Of a DNA stretch of 43,131 bases, positions 27,886-36,348 are shown in pieces. The notes below the pieces were generated by a model, which saw only the letters and a program-made list of their open reading frames with translations, did no database searches and had not been told where the DNA came from. Position numbers and translations under genes: made by a program. This stretch comes from a virus. The DNA lies in UHGV virus genome UHGV-0209493. One strand, 5' to 3'. Every line of letters begins with the position of its first letter. The first letter of the stretch is position 1.

Positions 27886-28415
27886 CTGGCCATTTCCTCC
27901 GCCTCCGGCGCCATCTGCACCGTGATTTCCCCGCTCTGGTCCCGGCCTTCCTCCTGGGCACTGGCCTGTTGCTGGAGCAGTTTCAGCTTTTCCTGCTCCG
28001 CCGCCGTCATAATGCCGCTGATGAGCATTCTCGTTTCCGCCGTGGCGTTCATGGCCTTGGCCAGGCTTTCCAGGTTCCGGGCTGTAAACTTCCCGGCCAC
28101 CAGGGTGCCGTTCTTCATCTGGCCGATTTCCTGCTCAAAAATGGCCGCCGCCTGGATCAGGGCGTTTTCCAGGCTGCCCGTGGCCTCCAGCATCCGGGCC
28201 AGCTGCCCGGCCCGGCGGTTCCCTGCCCGGTTCACCGCCTTTTTCAGGGTTTTTTCCCGGTATTTTTTGCGTTTTCTGGTCCATCCGCCCTCTTTGCTCC
28301 ATCGGGCCAGGGTGCTCTGGGGGATCTGCAGCGCTTCGCCCAGCGTCCGCAGCCCCTCGCTGCCGGTGATGTATCGCTCCTCCGCCGCCATCCGCTTCTC
28401 CGCGTCCGCTGCCAA
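27882..28415 (-). CDS. terS: Terminase small subunit
   Basis: N-terminal HTH (YITG...LRTLGEAL...TLARWSKEGGW); overlaps terL start; TTG start after GGGAGGTGG. Confidence 0.75.
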   Translation of the reverse strand: MAADAEKRMAAEERYITGSEGLRTLGEALQIPQSTLARWSKEGGWTRKRKKYREKTLKKAVNRAGNRRAGQLARMLEATGSLENALIQAAAIFEQEIGQMKNGTLVAGKFTARNLESLAKAMNATAETRMLISGIMTAAEQEKLKLLQQQASAQEEGRDQSGEITVQMAPEAEEMAR

Positions 28416-28502
28416 GCCTCTCCACCTCCCTTGCGCTCTCCTTCGCGCGGAGCATGCGCCCATCCACCGCCATGCGCCCGCCGCTTTGCTTTTACAGCCT
28501 TC

Positions 28503-28539
28503 ATTATCGCATATCTCGCGCCAATTTTAGAGCCCCACC
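28503..28539 (-). promoter_or_regulatory. Late-type promoter P3 (terminase/portal operon)
   Basis: GGTGGGGCTCTAA-N15-TGCGATAAT. Confidence 0.75.
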
Positions 28540-28545
28540 ACGTAG

Positions 28546-28825
28546 CTCCACACGCTGCTCCGCTTCGCGGAAGCGTGTCACTTGCCGCTCCATCTTGCAT
28601 CCCCTCCGGCGTGGCATTCGCCCCGCCTCCGGAAGTCTTTGTGCCCTTCGATGGTCTCCACACGCTGCTCCGCTTCGCGGAAGCATGTCACTTGCCGCTC
28701 CATCTTGCAGGCCCTCCGGCGTGGCATCCGCCCCGCCTTCGGAAAACGCTGTCTTCCTCGATGCGCTGCGCCCCGCCTCCGGGAGACTCTGTCTTCTTCG
28801 ATGCGCATGCACCCCGCCTCCGGAA
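28546..28825. repeat. Modular hairpin repeat array (A-B, A-B-C-C)
   Basis: Two near-identical units starting at 28546 and 28656, then two C modules ending CCCCGCCTCCGG. Confidence 0.9.
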
Positions 28826-29029
28826 TTTACTTCTTTTGGGCATCCTTTCGCCCCTGGGACTGGCAGCATCCGCTTTTTTCGCGTCGCGGATTGCCTGCCC
28901 CACGGCCTGCGCCCCAGCGCACGCCCTCATCTCCTCGCGCACGCGCGTCACGCGCACGCGCATGGCCCCCCGCTCCCGCTGCAATATCAGATTTTTTTCA
29001 ATTTTCTCAAAATTTTTTTCAAAAACTCC

Positions 29030-29058
29030 TTGACTGGTTGGCCAACTTATGATACAAT
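29030..29058 (+). promoter_or_regulatory. Sigma-A promoter of moron operon with palindromic operator
   Basis: TTGACT-17-TACAAT with extended TG; GTTGGCCAAC palindrome in the spacer; AT-rich UP region. Confidence 0.75.
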
Positions 29059-29121
29059 TAGGCCAAGAAATGGAAAGAGGGCCGCAGGCGGTACAAGCCG
29101 CCGGGCATGGAGGGAAAACCC

Positions 29122-29439
29122 ATGAAGTGCACGAAAAAAAGCGTTAACGCGGCGCTGGAGCGCCGGGACTATCTCAAGCGCATCTACCAGGTGCAGGGTG
29201 AGACGGGCATAGATGTGGATCGTCCCTTCACCCTCGGCACCGCGGTGGCCTGCTATGGGGAGGACGGCCAGTGCCAGGAGATCCACGTCAACCCCCAGAA
29301 CGAGCGCGAGGACACCCGCCGTTACTATGGCGCGGTGGACGTGACCGAGCTGATCGAGCGCTGGCTCACCGACTATGAGTACACCCGGGCGGATGTGGTG
29401 GCGGACATCGCCGCCGCCCTTACCCAGGATATGGCCTAA
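29122..29439 (+). CDS. Hypothetical protein (moron)
   Basis: GGAGG RBS, ATG 29122, coding-like composition. Confidence 0.75.
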   Translation: MKCTKKSVNAALERRDYLKRIYQVQGETGIDVDRPFTLGTAVACYGEDGQCQEIHVNPQNEREDTRRYYGAVDVTELIERWLTDYEYTRADVVADIAAALTQDMA

Positions 29440-29487
29440 AGCATCCCCCGCCCCGGAGGTTACGAGGGCAGAAAAGGAGGCACCCCC

Positions 29488-30246
29488 ATGAAAAAAAAGA
29501 TTCGCATGCTCATGACCAGCGCCAAGGCCATCGACCTTGGCCTGCATCCCCATTCGAATAAGGTGCTCGCCCCCGTGGAAGTGGAGCTAAATGACCTGAG
29601 CCCCTGCGCCCGCTGGATCGCCGAGCATATCACGGCCACCGCCATCATCGACGAGGTGACCGACCAGTGCCATATCCGCCTGGAATCCGATTTTTCCCGC
29701 ATGGAGCTGGACCGGCAGGAAGGCGTGCCCGAGGAAGAGCTGCAGCGCCGCTGGGAGTTTCTGGGAAACTCGTATACCGCCCCCCGCGCCAGCATCCCGT
29801 TTAACTGCGCGCTGGTGCTTGGCCGCAGCATCACGCCGGTTTACGTTTTTGAGGCCCTGGCTTTGCAGGCCAAGGGCAGCGGCGCAGCCCGTATGCTCTG
29901 CGATGGCGACAGCTACGATTTGCGCCAGCTGGAAACCGTCGATACGCTTATCTGCGCCGGTTACGCTGATCCGGCCTGCGAGGGCGTCGGCTGGAAAATG
30001 TGGCCCGCCGACCGGCAGAAGCGCACGCTCTGTGTGGAGGTCCCCTGTGTGGGAGGGCGTGATCCCAAGACCGGTGAGCCGCTGCTGATGCTGGATGAGT
30101 CGCCCTATGCGCTGCATACTGTGCTTCGGGGTGAAAAAGGCGTGCCCACGCTGGTGTGGCAGCACGCCGGAGAAGAAAAGCGCCTCCCGCTCAAGGTGCT
30201 GGGTGATGAGGATCTGATGTGGAGGGATACCGATGCTGAAGCCTGA
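29488..30246 (+). CDS. Hypothetical protein (moron)
   Basis: AAGGAGG RBS, 252 aa, no family recognised. Confidence 0.75.
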   Translation: MKKKIRMLMTSAKAIDLGLHPHSNKVLAPVEVELNDLSPCARWIAEHITATAIIDEVTDQCHIRLESDFSRMELDRQEGVPEEELQRRWEFLGNSYTAPRASIPFNCALVLGRSITPVYVFEALALQAKGSGAARMLCDGDSYDLRQLETVDTLICAGYADPACEGVGWKMWPADRQKRTLCVEVPCVGGRDPKTGEPLLMLDESPYALHTVLRGEKGVPTLVWQHAGEEKRLPLKVLGDEDLMWRDTDAEA

Positions 30247-30409
30247 GAGCGACAAGATCGTGCTGCACATCGTGCTGGATAAATCCTTGCTGGCCGCGCT
30301 GGACGAAATGGCCAGGGCCCTGCACCTGAGCCGCTCCGCCTGTGCCCGGATGCTCCTGAGCCAGCAGCTGTGCACGGGAAGCAAGGCCCAGGAGACCGAA
30401 GCCCCCTGA
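30233..30409 (+). CDS. Ribbon-helix-helix (CopG-like) regulator
   Basis: Not in ORF track; MLKPESDKIVLHIVLDKSLLAALDEMARALHLSRSACARMLL fits the RHH pattern; GGAGG RBS. Confidence 0.75.
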   Translation: MLKPESDKIVLHIVLDKSLLAALDEMARALHLSRSACARMLLSQQLCTGSKAQETEAP

Positions 30410-30423
30410 GCCTGCTTCCCTGA

Positions 30424-30451
30424 GCGCCCCGCCCGGGGCGCTTATTTTTTT
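30424..30451 (+). terminator. Terminator between convergent moron and rep
   Basis: GCGCCCCG-CC-CGGGGCGC-TTATTTTTT. Confidence 0.7.
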
Positions 30452-31308
30452 GCCAGAAATGCGTATATGTATGCCCCCGCCGTCCACTCGCTGTAGCGGA
30501 TGGCAGGCTGCTCCACCAGTCGATACCCCGGATACTTGCGCTCAAAAATCTCCCGGGCGTTGCTTTCCGCGTCCTGGGCGATTTTCTGCGCGTCCCGCCG
30601 GGAAAATTTCCGGCTGCTGACGGTGGCCGCAGGCTTTATCAGGTTTTTGCTGCAGGCCCATTTCCGCTTCAGCAGCTTTTCCTGGGTGGTCTTGCGCTGG
30701 GTGATGTAGTGGGCAAAGCCGCTCAGCCCCTTTTCCTGGGGCTGGCATCGGTCCACCCGGCTCAGCCCCTTATGCCACAGGGCCTCGATTTCGTCCCGGC
30801 TCAGCACGCCGCCGGTCAGCGCCATGTGGATATGGTGCCGTTTCCGCAGGCCTTCGCCTGTCTCCTCGATCACGTAGATGTATTTCAGCGTCTTGCCCGC
30901 CCGGTTGAACCGCGTCCGCAGCCGGGCGATAAAATTCCGCGCGTCCCGCTGAGCCTGCGCCTCGGTGCAGCCCGCCGCCTCCGTCAGGTGGGCCAGCAGA
31001 TCGCCCCTGCCAAAGTTGGCGTTCATGAGCCGGGCCAGCTGCTTTTTAGCGTTGCGCTGATTGATCTCCCGCTGGGCAGCCTTTGTCACCCCCCGGCGCT
31101 TTTCCCGCCGGCCATGCTCCAGCGCCAGCACCGGATACATCTCGCACTCCAGATAGTCCCCCGCCTTGATGGTCCTGGTGCGGTACAGCAGCACGCCCTT
31201 GCTCTGATAGTGCCCGCCATCCAGCTGATAATCCATCTCCCGGCCCGCATATGCCCGCATGCTGGTTTCCTCCGGCATTCTCCGCCTTTGTTTTTTGCTT
31301 TTCCCCAT
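30442..31308 (-). CDS. HUH-family rolling-circle replication initiator-like protein
   Basis: Motif I (AHLT), HUH motif II (RHHIHMAL), motif III Tyr (FAHYITQ). Confidence 0.75.
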   Translation of the reverse strand: MGKSKKQRRRMPEETSMRAYAGREMDYQLDGGHYQSKGVLLYRTRTIKAGDYLECEMYPVLALEHGRREKRRGVTKAAQREINQRNAKKQLARLMNANFGRGDLLAHLTEAAGCTEAQAQRDARNFIARLRTRFNRAGKTLKYIYVIEETGEGLRKRHHIHMALTGGVLSRDEIEALWHKGLSRVDRCQPQEKGLSGFAHYITQRKTTQEKLLKRKWACSKNLIKPAATVSSRKFSRRDAQKIAQDAESNAREIFERKYPGYRLVEQPAIRYSEWTAGAYIYAFLAKK

Positions 31309-31716
31309 GGCGGCCCGCTCTCGCGGGCCCTGCTACCACGAGCTTCCTTGCCGTTCGCTGCATGCTTTCCGTTCGTTCCCTTGCTGCCCTTCGTTCTGCT
31401 GTTTTTGTGGAGGAGGTTTCCCTTCTTTTTCTTAGACGTCCGTAATTCCTCCGTTTGTTAATACCCCATACAAGCCCGAAATTCCACGTTCTTCCCGTGG
31501 ACCTGTTTCAAACTCCGCACGGCCTGCGCTTTTAGCGCTCAGCGCTTCGCTGGCCCGTGCCACTTAAGCAAATTGCTTGCTTTTCCTCCGCTGACACGCC
31601 CCGTGTGTCAGCTCCGGGAGCCATAATCTTTTTCATCGGCTCCGCACGGCCTGCGCCGCGATGCCCGAAATTGATATAGCGGCGGCCCTGCAGCTGCCGC
31701 CATATCAATCTCGTCC

Positions 31717-31752
31717 ATTGTATCATCTTATAGGGTGCCGTTAGAGCCCCAC
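31717..31752 (-). promoter_or_regulatory. Late-type promoter P4 upstream of rep leader
   Basis: GTGGGGCTCTAA-N15-TGATACAAT; the motif TAA is also the stop codon of the upstream gene. Confidence 0.7.
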
Positions 31753-32097
31753 GTCTCCGTCCTCCTCCAGCATGCTCAGCTGCTCGTCGTATTTGCATAC
31801 CCGCTGGCCGTCCATCAGCTCCCACCGCTCCGGGCTGCCGCCCTTTTCCCGCTCCTCAAACCGGATGCTTACCCGGCATTCGTGGGCAAAGGTGATGGGG
31901 CTGCGCCTGCGCATCTCCCCGCTGATGGGATCCGGCTCCGACCAGTTCCGGTTTTCAATGTCCAGCCCCAGCTGCACCCGGCAGCCGCTGGCCCCCTTGG
32001 CCCGCATCCTCGCCACACCCTGCCGGATCGCCCGGTCCAGGCTGTCCCGCATCTGCTGCAGCGCTTCGTGGTTTAGTCCAATCTCCGTTTCCCGCAT
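31741..32097 (-). CDS. Hypothetical protein
   Basis: 118 aa, AAGGAGG RBS. Confidence 0.75.
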   Translation of the reverse strand: MRETEIGLNHEALQQMRDSLDRAIRQGVARMRAKGASGCRVQLGLDIENRNWSEPDPISGEMRRRSPITFAHECRVSIRFEEREKGGSPERWELMDGQRVCKYDEQLSMLEEDGDVGL

Positions 32098-32109
32098 GGT
32101 TTCCTCCTT

Positions 32110-32307
32110 TTATCTCGCCGCCAGCCTGCGGGTCTTGTCCTTCACCTCGCAGCTGGCCGGCGGATTTTTCCGCACATGGTTTGTGTAGTAGGTATAGGCG
32201 CAGTATTTTCGGCCGTATTTCCAGCCGTTCAGGCTCCTGTAATAGCGACAGCCCCGGCAGTCCCGGTCATTCACCAGCCATTTCTTCGCGTCTGTCTCCT
32301 GGCTCAT
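32110..32307 (-). CDS. Small Cys-rich hypothetical protein
   Basis: DCRGCRYY...YCAY...PASC; GGAGG RBS before MSQET. Confidence 0.7.
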   Translation of the reverse strand: MSQETDAKKWLVNDRDCRGCRYYRSLNGWKYGRKYCAYTYYTNHVRKNPPASCEVKDKTRRLAAR

Positions 32308-33121
32308 GCGTTCCTCCATTAGACCCCAGTTCTTCAATCATCCGTTCTTCCCGCTCAGATAATTTCCAGCACACAGCATTTGCTCTCTCTTCCGCTGCTC
32401 TCTCTGCCGCTGCTCTCTCTGCCGCCGCCCTCTTGGAGATCAAAAATCCGCCGCCAAATATCCCCTTTTCTTTCCCTTGCGCATCCAGCCGCCGGATAAA
32501 ATGTGTATCCTCATGGCGTAGGCGATACACGATTCCGTGTTGAGCATAAAAATTGCACCTTGCAGCGGTTACCACCTCCAGCGGGTATTCGTACTTGGCC
32601 ACCTGCTTCCGGATCGCCTTTTCGTTTTTTCTGTTTTCCGTTGCGATTCTCTCCGCAAGGTCTGGGCGTGTTTCAAGTAAATGCTCGCCCATGCTCGTCA
32701 CAAATGAGGTGTTCACTTTCGCGCCATTTGCATATGTAATCGTTTCGCCGCAGATGGCATAATGCAGCCGCTTGTCCGGTTTCATCAATGATAGCGCAGG
32801 CGCAAACAGAAAAAAGCGAATCCCGTTATCCAGATAAAACCGCTCGATGGCCGCCAGTATGGAAAAAGGTGGATTATCGATCACAACGCAGCCCTCTGGA
32901 TATGCTTCGCGTTCATAATCTCCGCCCGGCCAGAACGGGCGAACAACCGGCGTATCCTCCGGAAGGTTATAGCGCTCAAATACCCACTCCCGCACGGCTG
33001 CGTATATGTTCTCCGGCGTGTAGCAATCGTCCGTTGTAAGCTTCGGCTTGAATTTATCTACAAATTCCTGATATTCTGGATTCGTTTCGCCCAATGTGAT
33101 CTGCTGCGCCTGTTGGTTCAT
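32267..33121 (-). CDS. Putative DNA amino-methyltransferase (NPPF type)
   Basis: DDCYTP, RPFWPGGD and VIDNPPFS motifs; C-terminal RAAAE repeats. Confidence 0.65.
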   Translation of the reverse strand: MNQQAQQITLGETNPEYQEFVDKFKPKLTTDDCYTPENIYAAVREWVFERYNLPEDTPVVRPFWPGGDYEREAYPEGCVVIDNPPFSILAAIERFYLDNGIRFFLFAPALSLMKPDKRLHYAICGETITYANGAKVNTSFVTSMGEHLLETRPDLAERIATENRKNEKAIRKQVAKYEYPLEVVTAARCNFYAQHGIVYRLRHEDTHFIRRLDAQGKEKGIFGGGFLISKRAAAERAAAERAAEERANAVCWKLSEREERMIEELGSNGGTHEPGDRREEMAGE

Positions 33122-33570
33122 TTTTCCCCTCCCATTTTGTTATTTTCCAGCGCGTCCGCCGCCTGACGCAGCAGGCTGTCGATGCACGCCACGCAGGTCT
33201 TTGCGTTTCCTTTTGCGCAGTACAGCGGGCAGGCCTCCGTGCACAGCCGGGGAAATTTCTCCCCGGAGGCGCAGAACCGCAGGGCCTGTATCAGTGATTC
33301 GTGCATGGTAACTCCCCCCATGGCGAATGCGCCATTTCCTCCGCCGTCGGCTTCCGCAGCCAGCAGCACCCGGTTTTCCGGTTCCGCTCTTCGGTTCCAC
33401 GCTTTCACGACGATTTCAGGCTCTTTCGTTTTCAGCCCCTGCGCCGTGCATTTATTGCACACCACCATATACGCTGGGTGTTCCGGCACCCAACCGTTGT
33501 AGCAGCGTACAAGCCGGGCATATCCACCGCAAAACGGGCACGGGCGCAGATCAGGCTTTCCGTCCATCAT
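33118..33570 (-). CDS. Lar-like restriction-alleviation zinc-ribbon protein fused to a second Cys-rich domain
   Basis: LRPCPFCGG...CNKC...AWNRR; the second half (MHESLIQALRFC...) may be a separate gene. Confidence 0.65.
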   Translation of the reverse strand: MMDGKPDLRPCPFCGGYARLVRCYNGWVPEHPAYMVVCNKCTAQGLKTKEPEIVVKAWNRRAEPENRVLLAAEADGGGNGAFAMGGVTMHESLIQALRFCASGEKFPRLCTEACPLYCAKGNAKTCVACIDSLLRQAADALENNKMGGEK

Positions 33571-33682
33571 TTTTCGCCTCCGTCCTGTCGCTGTATACAA
33601 GCTTCACCGGCCCGCAGCACGGGCATGCCCATCCTCCGGGCTGCCAGCTCATCCACGCTCCGCATCGCTTACATCGGTGCAT
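33551..33682 (-). CDS. 43-aa zinc-ribbon peptide
   Basis: Not in ORF track; MHRCKRCGAWMSWQPGGWACPCCG..., GGAGG RBS. Confidence 0.55.
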   Translation of the reverse strand: MHRCKRCGAWMSWQPGGWACPCCGPVKLVYSDRTEAKNDGRKA

Positions 33683-34338
33683 GTGCTTCCTCCCCACTGC
33701 TCCGCCATGGCGCGGGCGATGCCCGGGAATGTTTTAGAGCGCATTTTCTGGTCGCGTTCTTTGCGTCCCTGGAATCGTCTGTAATTTCCGTATGCGTCTT
33801 TGCATCCTCCGTTTACGTAAGGTGTATGCTCTGCAATAATTTTTGTTGGGATCAATGGCGGTAAGTTTTTAAGCCAAAGACATGTTCGTTTACTGTATGG
33901 GTGCCCATACTCATAGGGCTGTATCACCTGGGAGTACGGCGGCAGCTGCACAAGTCGCATGGGTGTCGGATTCTCAATCGCGATCCTGTCAATGCCCGCC
34001 AACCAGAAGGTCATGAAAAATTCTTTTGCTTCCATTGCTTTTGCATATCTTTCTTGGACAACTTTCCCGTTTACTCTCATACGGACGGCCCCCGCCTTTG
34101 TAAGATATGTGCAAGGTGGATGAGCAATCAGCATGTCCCACTTGCCGACTTCGTGCCCAATTCCGTCCATCGTGGCAATTGTACCACCGTTCAAGGCTTT
34201 AAGCGCGTCCCCCAAGATGTGCCACTCGGGATGGGCGCCGCTGGGCTCCTGAATATCGCAGCTGTACGCCTCATGCCCCAGCGCCCGAAAAGCCTTGCAC
34301 ACCTCCTGGCTTTCTTCACAGGCGATCAACACGCGCAT
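33649..34338 (-). CDS. DNA cytosine methyltransferase-like protein
   Basis: VLIACEESQ, AHPPCTYL (catalytic PC) and IENP motifs. Confidence 0.75.
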   Translation of the reverse strand: MRVLIACEESQEVCKAFRALGHEAYSCDIQEPSGAHPEWHILGDALKALNGGTIATMDGIGHEVGKWDMLIAHPPCTYLTKAGAVRMRVNGKVVQERYAKAMEAKEFFMTFWLAGIDRIAIENPTPMRLVQLPPYSQVIQPYEYGHPYSKRTCLWLKNLPPLIPTKIIAEHTPYVNGGCKDAYGNYRRFQGRKERDQKMRSKTFPGIARAMAEQWGGSTCTDVSDAERG

Positions 34339-34507
34339 CTTTCATCCCTCCCACAAAATCCACCGCGTTTTTCCCGGTCAGCGCCGCCCAGTAGGCCGCA
34401 ATCCAGCCCCACATGCTCTGCCCTGCCAGCAGCCCCACCAGCACCCGCAAGGCGATTGCCAGCAGCAGCAGGACCAGGGCCTGGCTCACGCGCTTATACC
34501 TCCGCAT
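34316..34507 (-). CDS. Small membrane protein
   Basis: Two hydrophobic segments; coupled to neighbours. Confidence 0.6.
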   Translation of the reverse strand: MRRYKRVSQALVLLLLAIALRVLVGLLAGQSMWGWIAAYWAALTGKNAVDFVGGMKDARVDRL

Positions 34508-34844
34508 CTTCCCTCTCCATCCGCCCCAGCAGCCGCTGCAGGTTCTCCATGGCCCCCCAAAGCTGCGTTTGGGCCTTTTCCAGCTGCTTTCGCGCCTTTT
34601 TCAGCTCCTCGTCCCTTTCCTGGGGGTCTTCCGGCCCCTGATACAGCTGGTCCAGCGAAATCCCCAGCGCATCCGCCATCAGCACGCAGCTGCGCAGGGT
34701 GGGGCACACGTCCCCCCTGCCGTATCTCAGCACCACATTGTAGCTGATCCCGGTCTCCTGGGCCAGCCACCGGATTGACTGCCCCTTCTTTCCCATCCAG
34801 GCCTGCAGGCTTCCTGCCAGCTGTTTGCTTTCGTACTTCCTCAT
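34494..34844 (-). CDS. XRE-family HTH protein
   Basis: SIRWLAQETGIS...RYGRG...PTL...MADALGISLDQL; start MRKYES. Confidence 0.8.
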   Translation of the reverse strand: MRKYESKQLAGSLQAWMGKKGQSIRWLAQETGISYNVVLRYGRGDVCPTLRSCVLMADALGISLDQLYQGPEDPQERDEELKKARKQLEKAQTQLWGAMENLQRLLGRMEREDAEV

Positions 34845-35281
34845 CTTTCTTCTTCCCCCTCGCTCAGCGCCTCCAGCCCCACCAGCACCCCCGGCTTCTC
34901 CCCGTAGTGCTTTGCGCAGCTGCACTGCACCACCTGCTTGTCGTCCCTGTAGGCCACCCCGCTTAGCGCATCCAGGATGATCTTGGTGATGTTGTCCACG
35001 TCGGGCTTCTTGGTGGGCCAGGCCCGGCCCTCCAGCATGTCCCGCCGCTCCTTTTTGCTGGCGCTGGCCGGGATGGGGCACACCGCCGTGATCTCCACCC
35101 GCACCGGCGCCTCCGTCAGCGTCTCCCCCGGACGGCATTGCGCCCGGTAGCATAGGGCCACCAGCCATTCATAGTCCTTCGTCTTCTGGGGCGTGTAGGC
35201 CCGGCTCTCCCCGTCCTGCTGCACCACCCGGGGCCGCCCCTTCCCGCAGGGCGGCCCCGGCACGAAAAATACCGCTTTCAT
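34841..35281 (-). CDS. rusA: RusA-family Holliday junction resolvase
   Basis: GKGRPR, KPDVDNITKIILDAL and DDKQV motifs. Confidence 0.9.
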   Translation of the reverse strand: MKAVFFVPGPPCGKGRPRVVQQDGESRAYTPQKTKDYEWLVALCYRAQCRPGETLTEAPVRVEITAVCPIPASASKKERRDMLEGRAWPTKKPDVDNITKIILDALSGVAYRDDKQVVQCSCAKHYGEKPGVLVGLEALSEGEEER

Positions 35282-36348
35282 GGCTTCCGTTCCTCTCCTT
35301 TCCGTTTTTCTTTATACTTTTCGTATTTTTGCCTGTATCGGTAGCTTTCGCCAAAAACGTTCCATGCGGCCTTCACCAGCTGCGGCTCATAGGGCTTGAT
35401 TTTTTCCAAATCTTCTACAGCCTTATAGGAGATGGCGCATCCGCAGCAGCCTGTGCGCGTAAGGCCGTATACCTCATAGGCATCCGAGTATCTGATCTTG
35501 TAGTGCTCCTTGTACCAGGCCTTATCCGCATCCGTTACATAGTATAGCGGCCGAAGCCGGAAGCTTTTGTCTGCCGTCTCCGTAAAGCACATGCTTGTAC
35601 TGTCCTTCCTCGGCACGGAGCGCATGCCGCCCTCCGCCCGGCGCTCCCCAGTAATCACCATTTCATACCCCTTTTGGATTTTGTGGGCCACGGCTTTTTT
35701 GCATACATCGCAGCAGCGATTGCTCACCCGGAAAGGGAGCGGGTTTTCCTTGATGAAATCCAGCATCCATTTGCTGCTGTTAATCACCAGCTGAATGTTT
35801 GGCCGCGGTTCTCCTGCGCTGTTGCAGCAGCACAAAAAATTGATTTCGCTTTCGCACTTGGGATACCGTTCTTTCAGCTCTTTCCGTTTCGCTGTTTTGT
35901 CCTCCGCCTGTGCGTACTCATCCGCAATGGCCAACGGGATATTTTTCTTCTGTACGCCCCCCAGCCCTTCGGACATAATCTTTGAAACAAACGGGATCCC
36001 GTATTCGCGGGTTGCAAGCACGATGTTCTTTTGTGGCCGATAGGTCTTAATTTCCACCCCGTATTTTCCCGCAGTTTCGGCCACGTGTCGCTTCGTCGCC
36101 TGCATCTCCAGGCCCGTGTTAAAAAACGCATAGTCTACGGGAGGCAGGCTGAACATGCGCCGTACCCGCTCTACAATGTCGATCATAATATCGCTGTCGC
36201 TCCCCCCTGAGTAGCTGCACATGGCATGGGGATGCTCCAGCAATCTCCGTCCCACAATCGCTTCGATGGCCGCAAATTTTGCCGGCGCGTCAAAGTCTGC
36301 ATAGGCCGGCCGGTCTGTATATACCCTGCTTTTAAACTCCGTTTTCAT
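35278..36348 (-). CDS. PAPS-reductase-family (PP-loop) protein
   Basis: SYSGGSDSD PP-loop, CCDVCKK, GERRAEGG and RTGCCGC. Confidence 0.85.
   Translation of the reverse strand: MKTEFKSRVYTDRPAYADFDAPAKFAAIEAIVGRRLLEHPHAMCSYSGGSDSDIMIDIVERVRRMFSLPPVDYAFFNTGLEMQATKRHVAETAGKYGVEIKTYRPQKNIVLATREYGIPFVSKIMSEGLGGVQKKNIPLAIADEYAQAEDKTAKRKELKERYPKCESEINFLCCCNSAGEPRPNIQLVINSSKWMLDFIKENPLPFRVSNRCCDVCKKAVAHKIQKGYEMVITGERRAEGGMRSVPRKDSTSMCFTETADKSFRLRPLYYVTDADKAWYKEHYKIRYSDAYEVYGLTRTGCCGCAISYKAVEDLEKIKPYEPQLVKAAWNVFGESYRYRQKYEKYKEKRKGEERKP

Noticed and set aside
28546..28825. Possible CRISPR array
   Set aside because: Units are long and modular with no unique equal-length spacers, and there are no cas genes.
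28244..29125. ORFs over the repeat region upstream of terS
   Set aside because: They translate the repeats, and similar peptides recur at 6263-6628 and 24079-24777, so they are likely spurious.
30442..31308. HUH protein as an IS200/IS91 transposase
   Set aside because: Motif layout and position in the replication module fit a phage Rep; no IS ends or tnpB seen.
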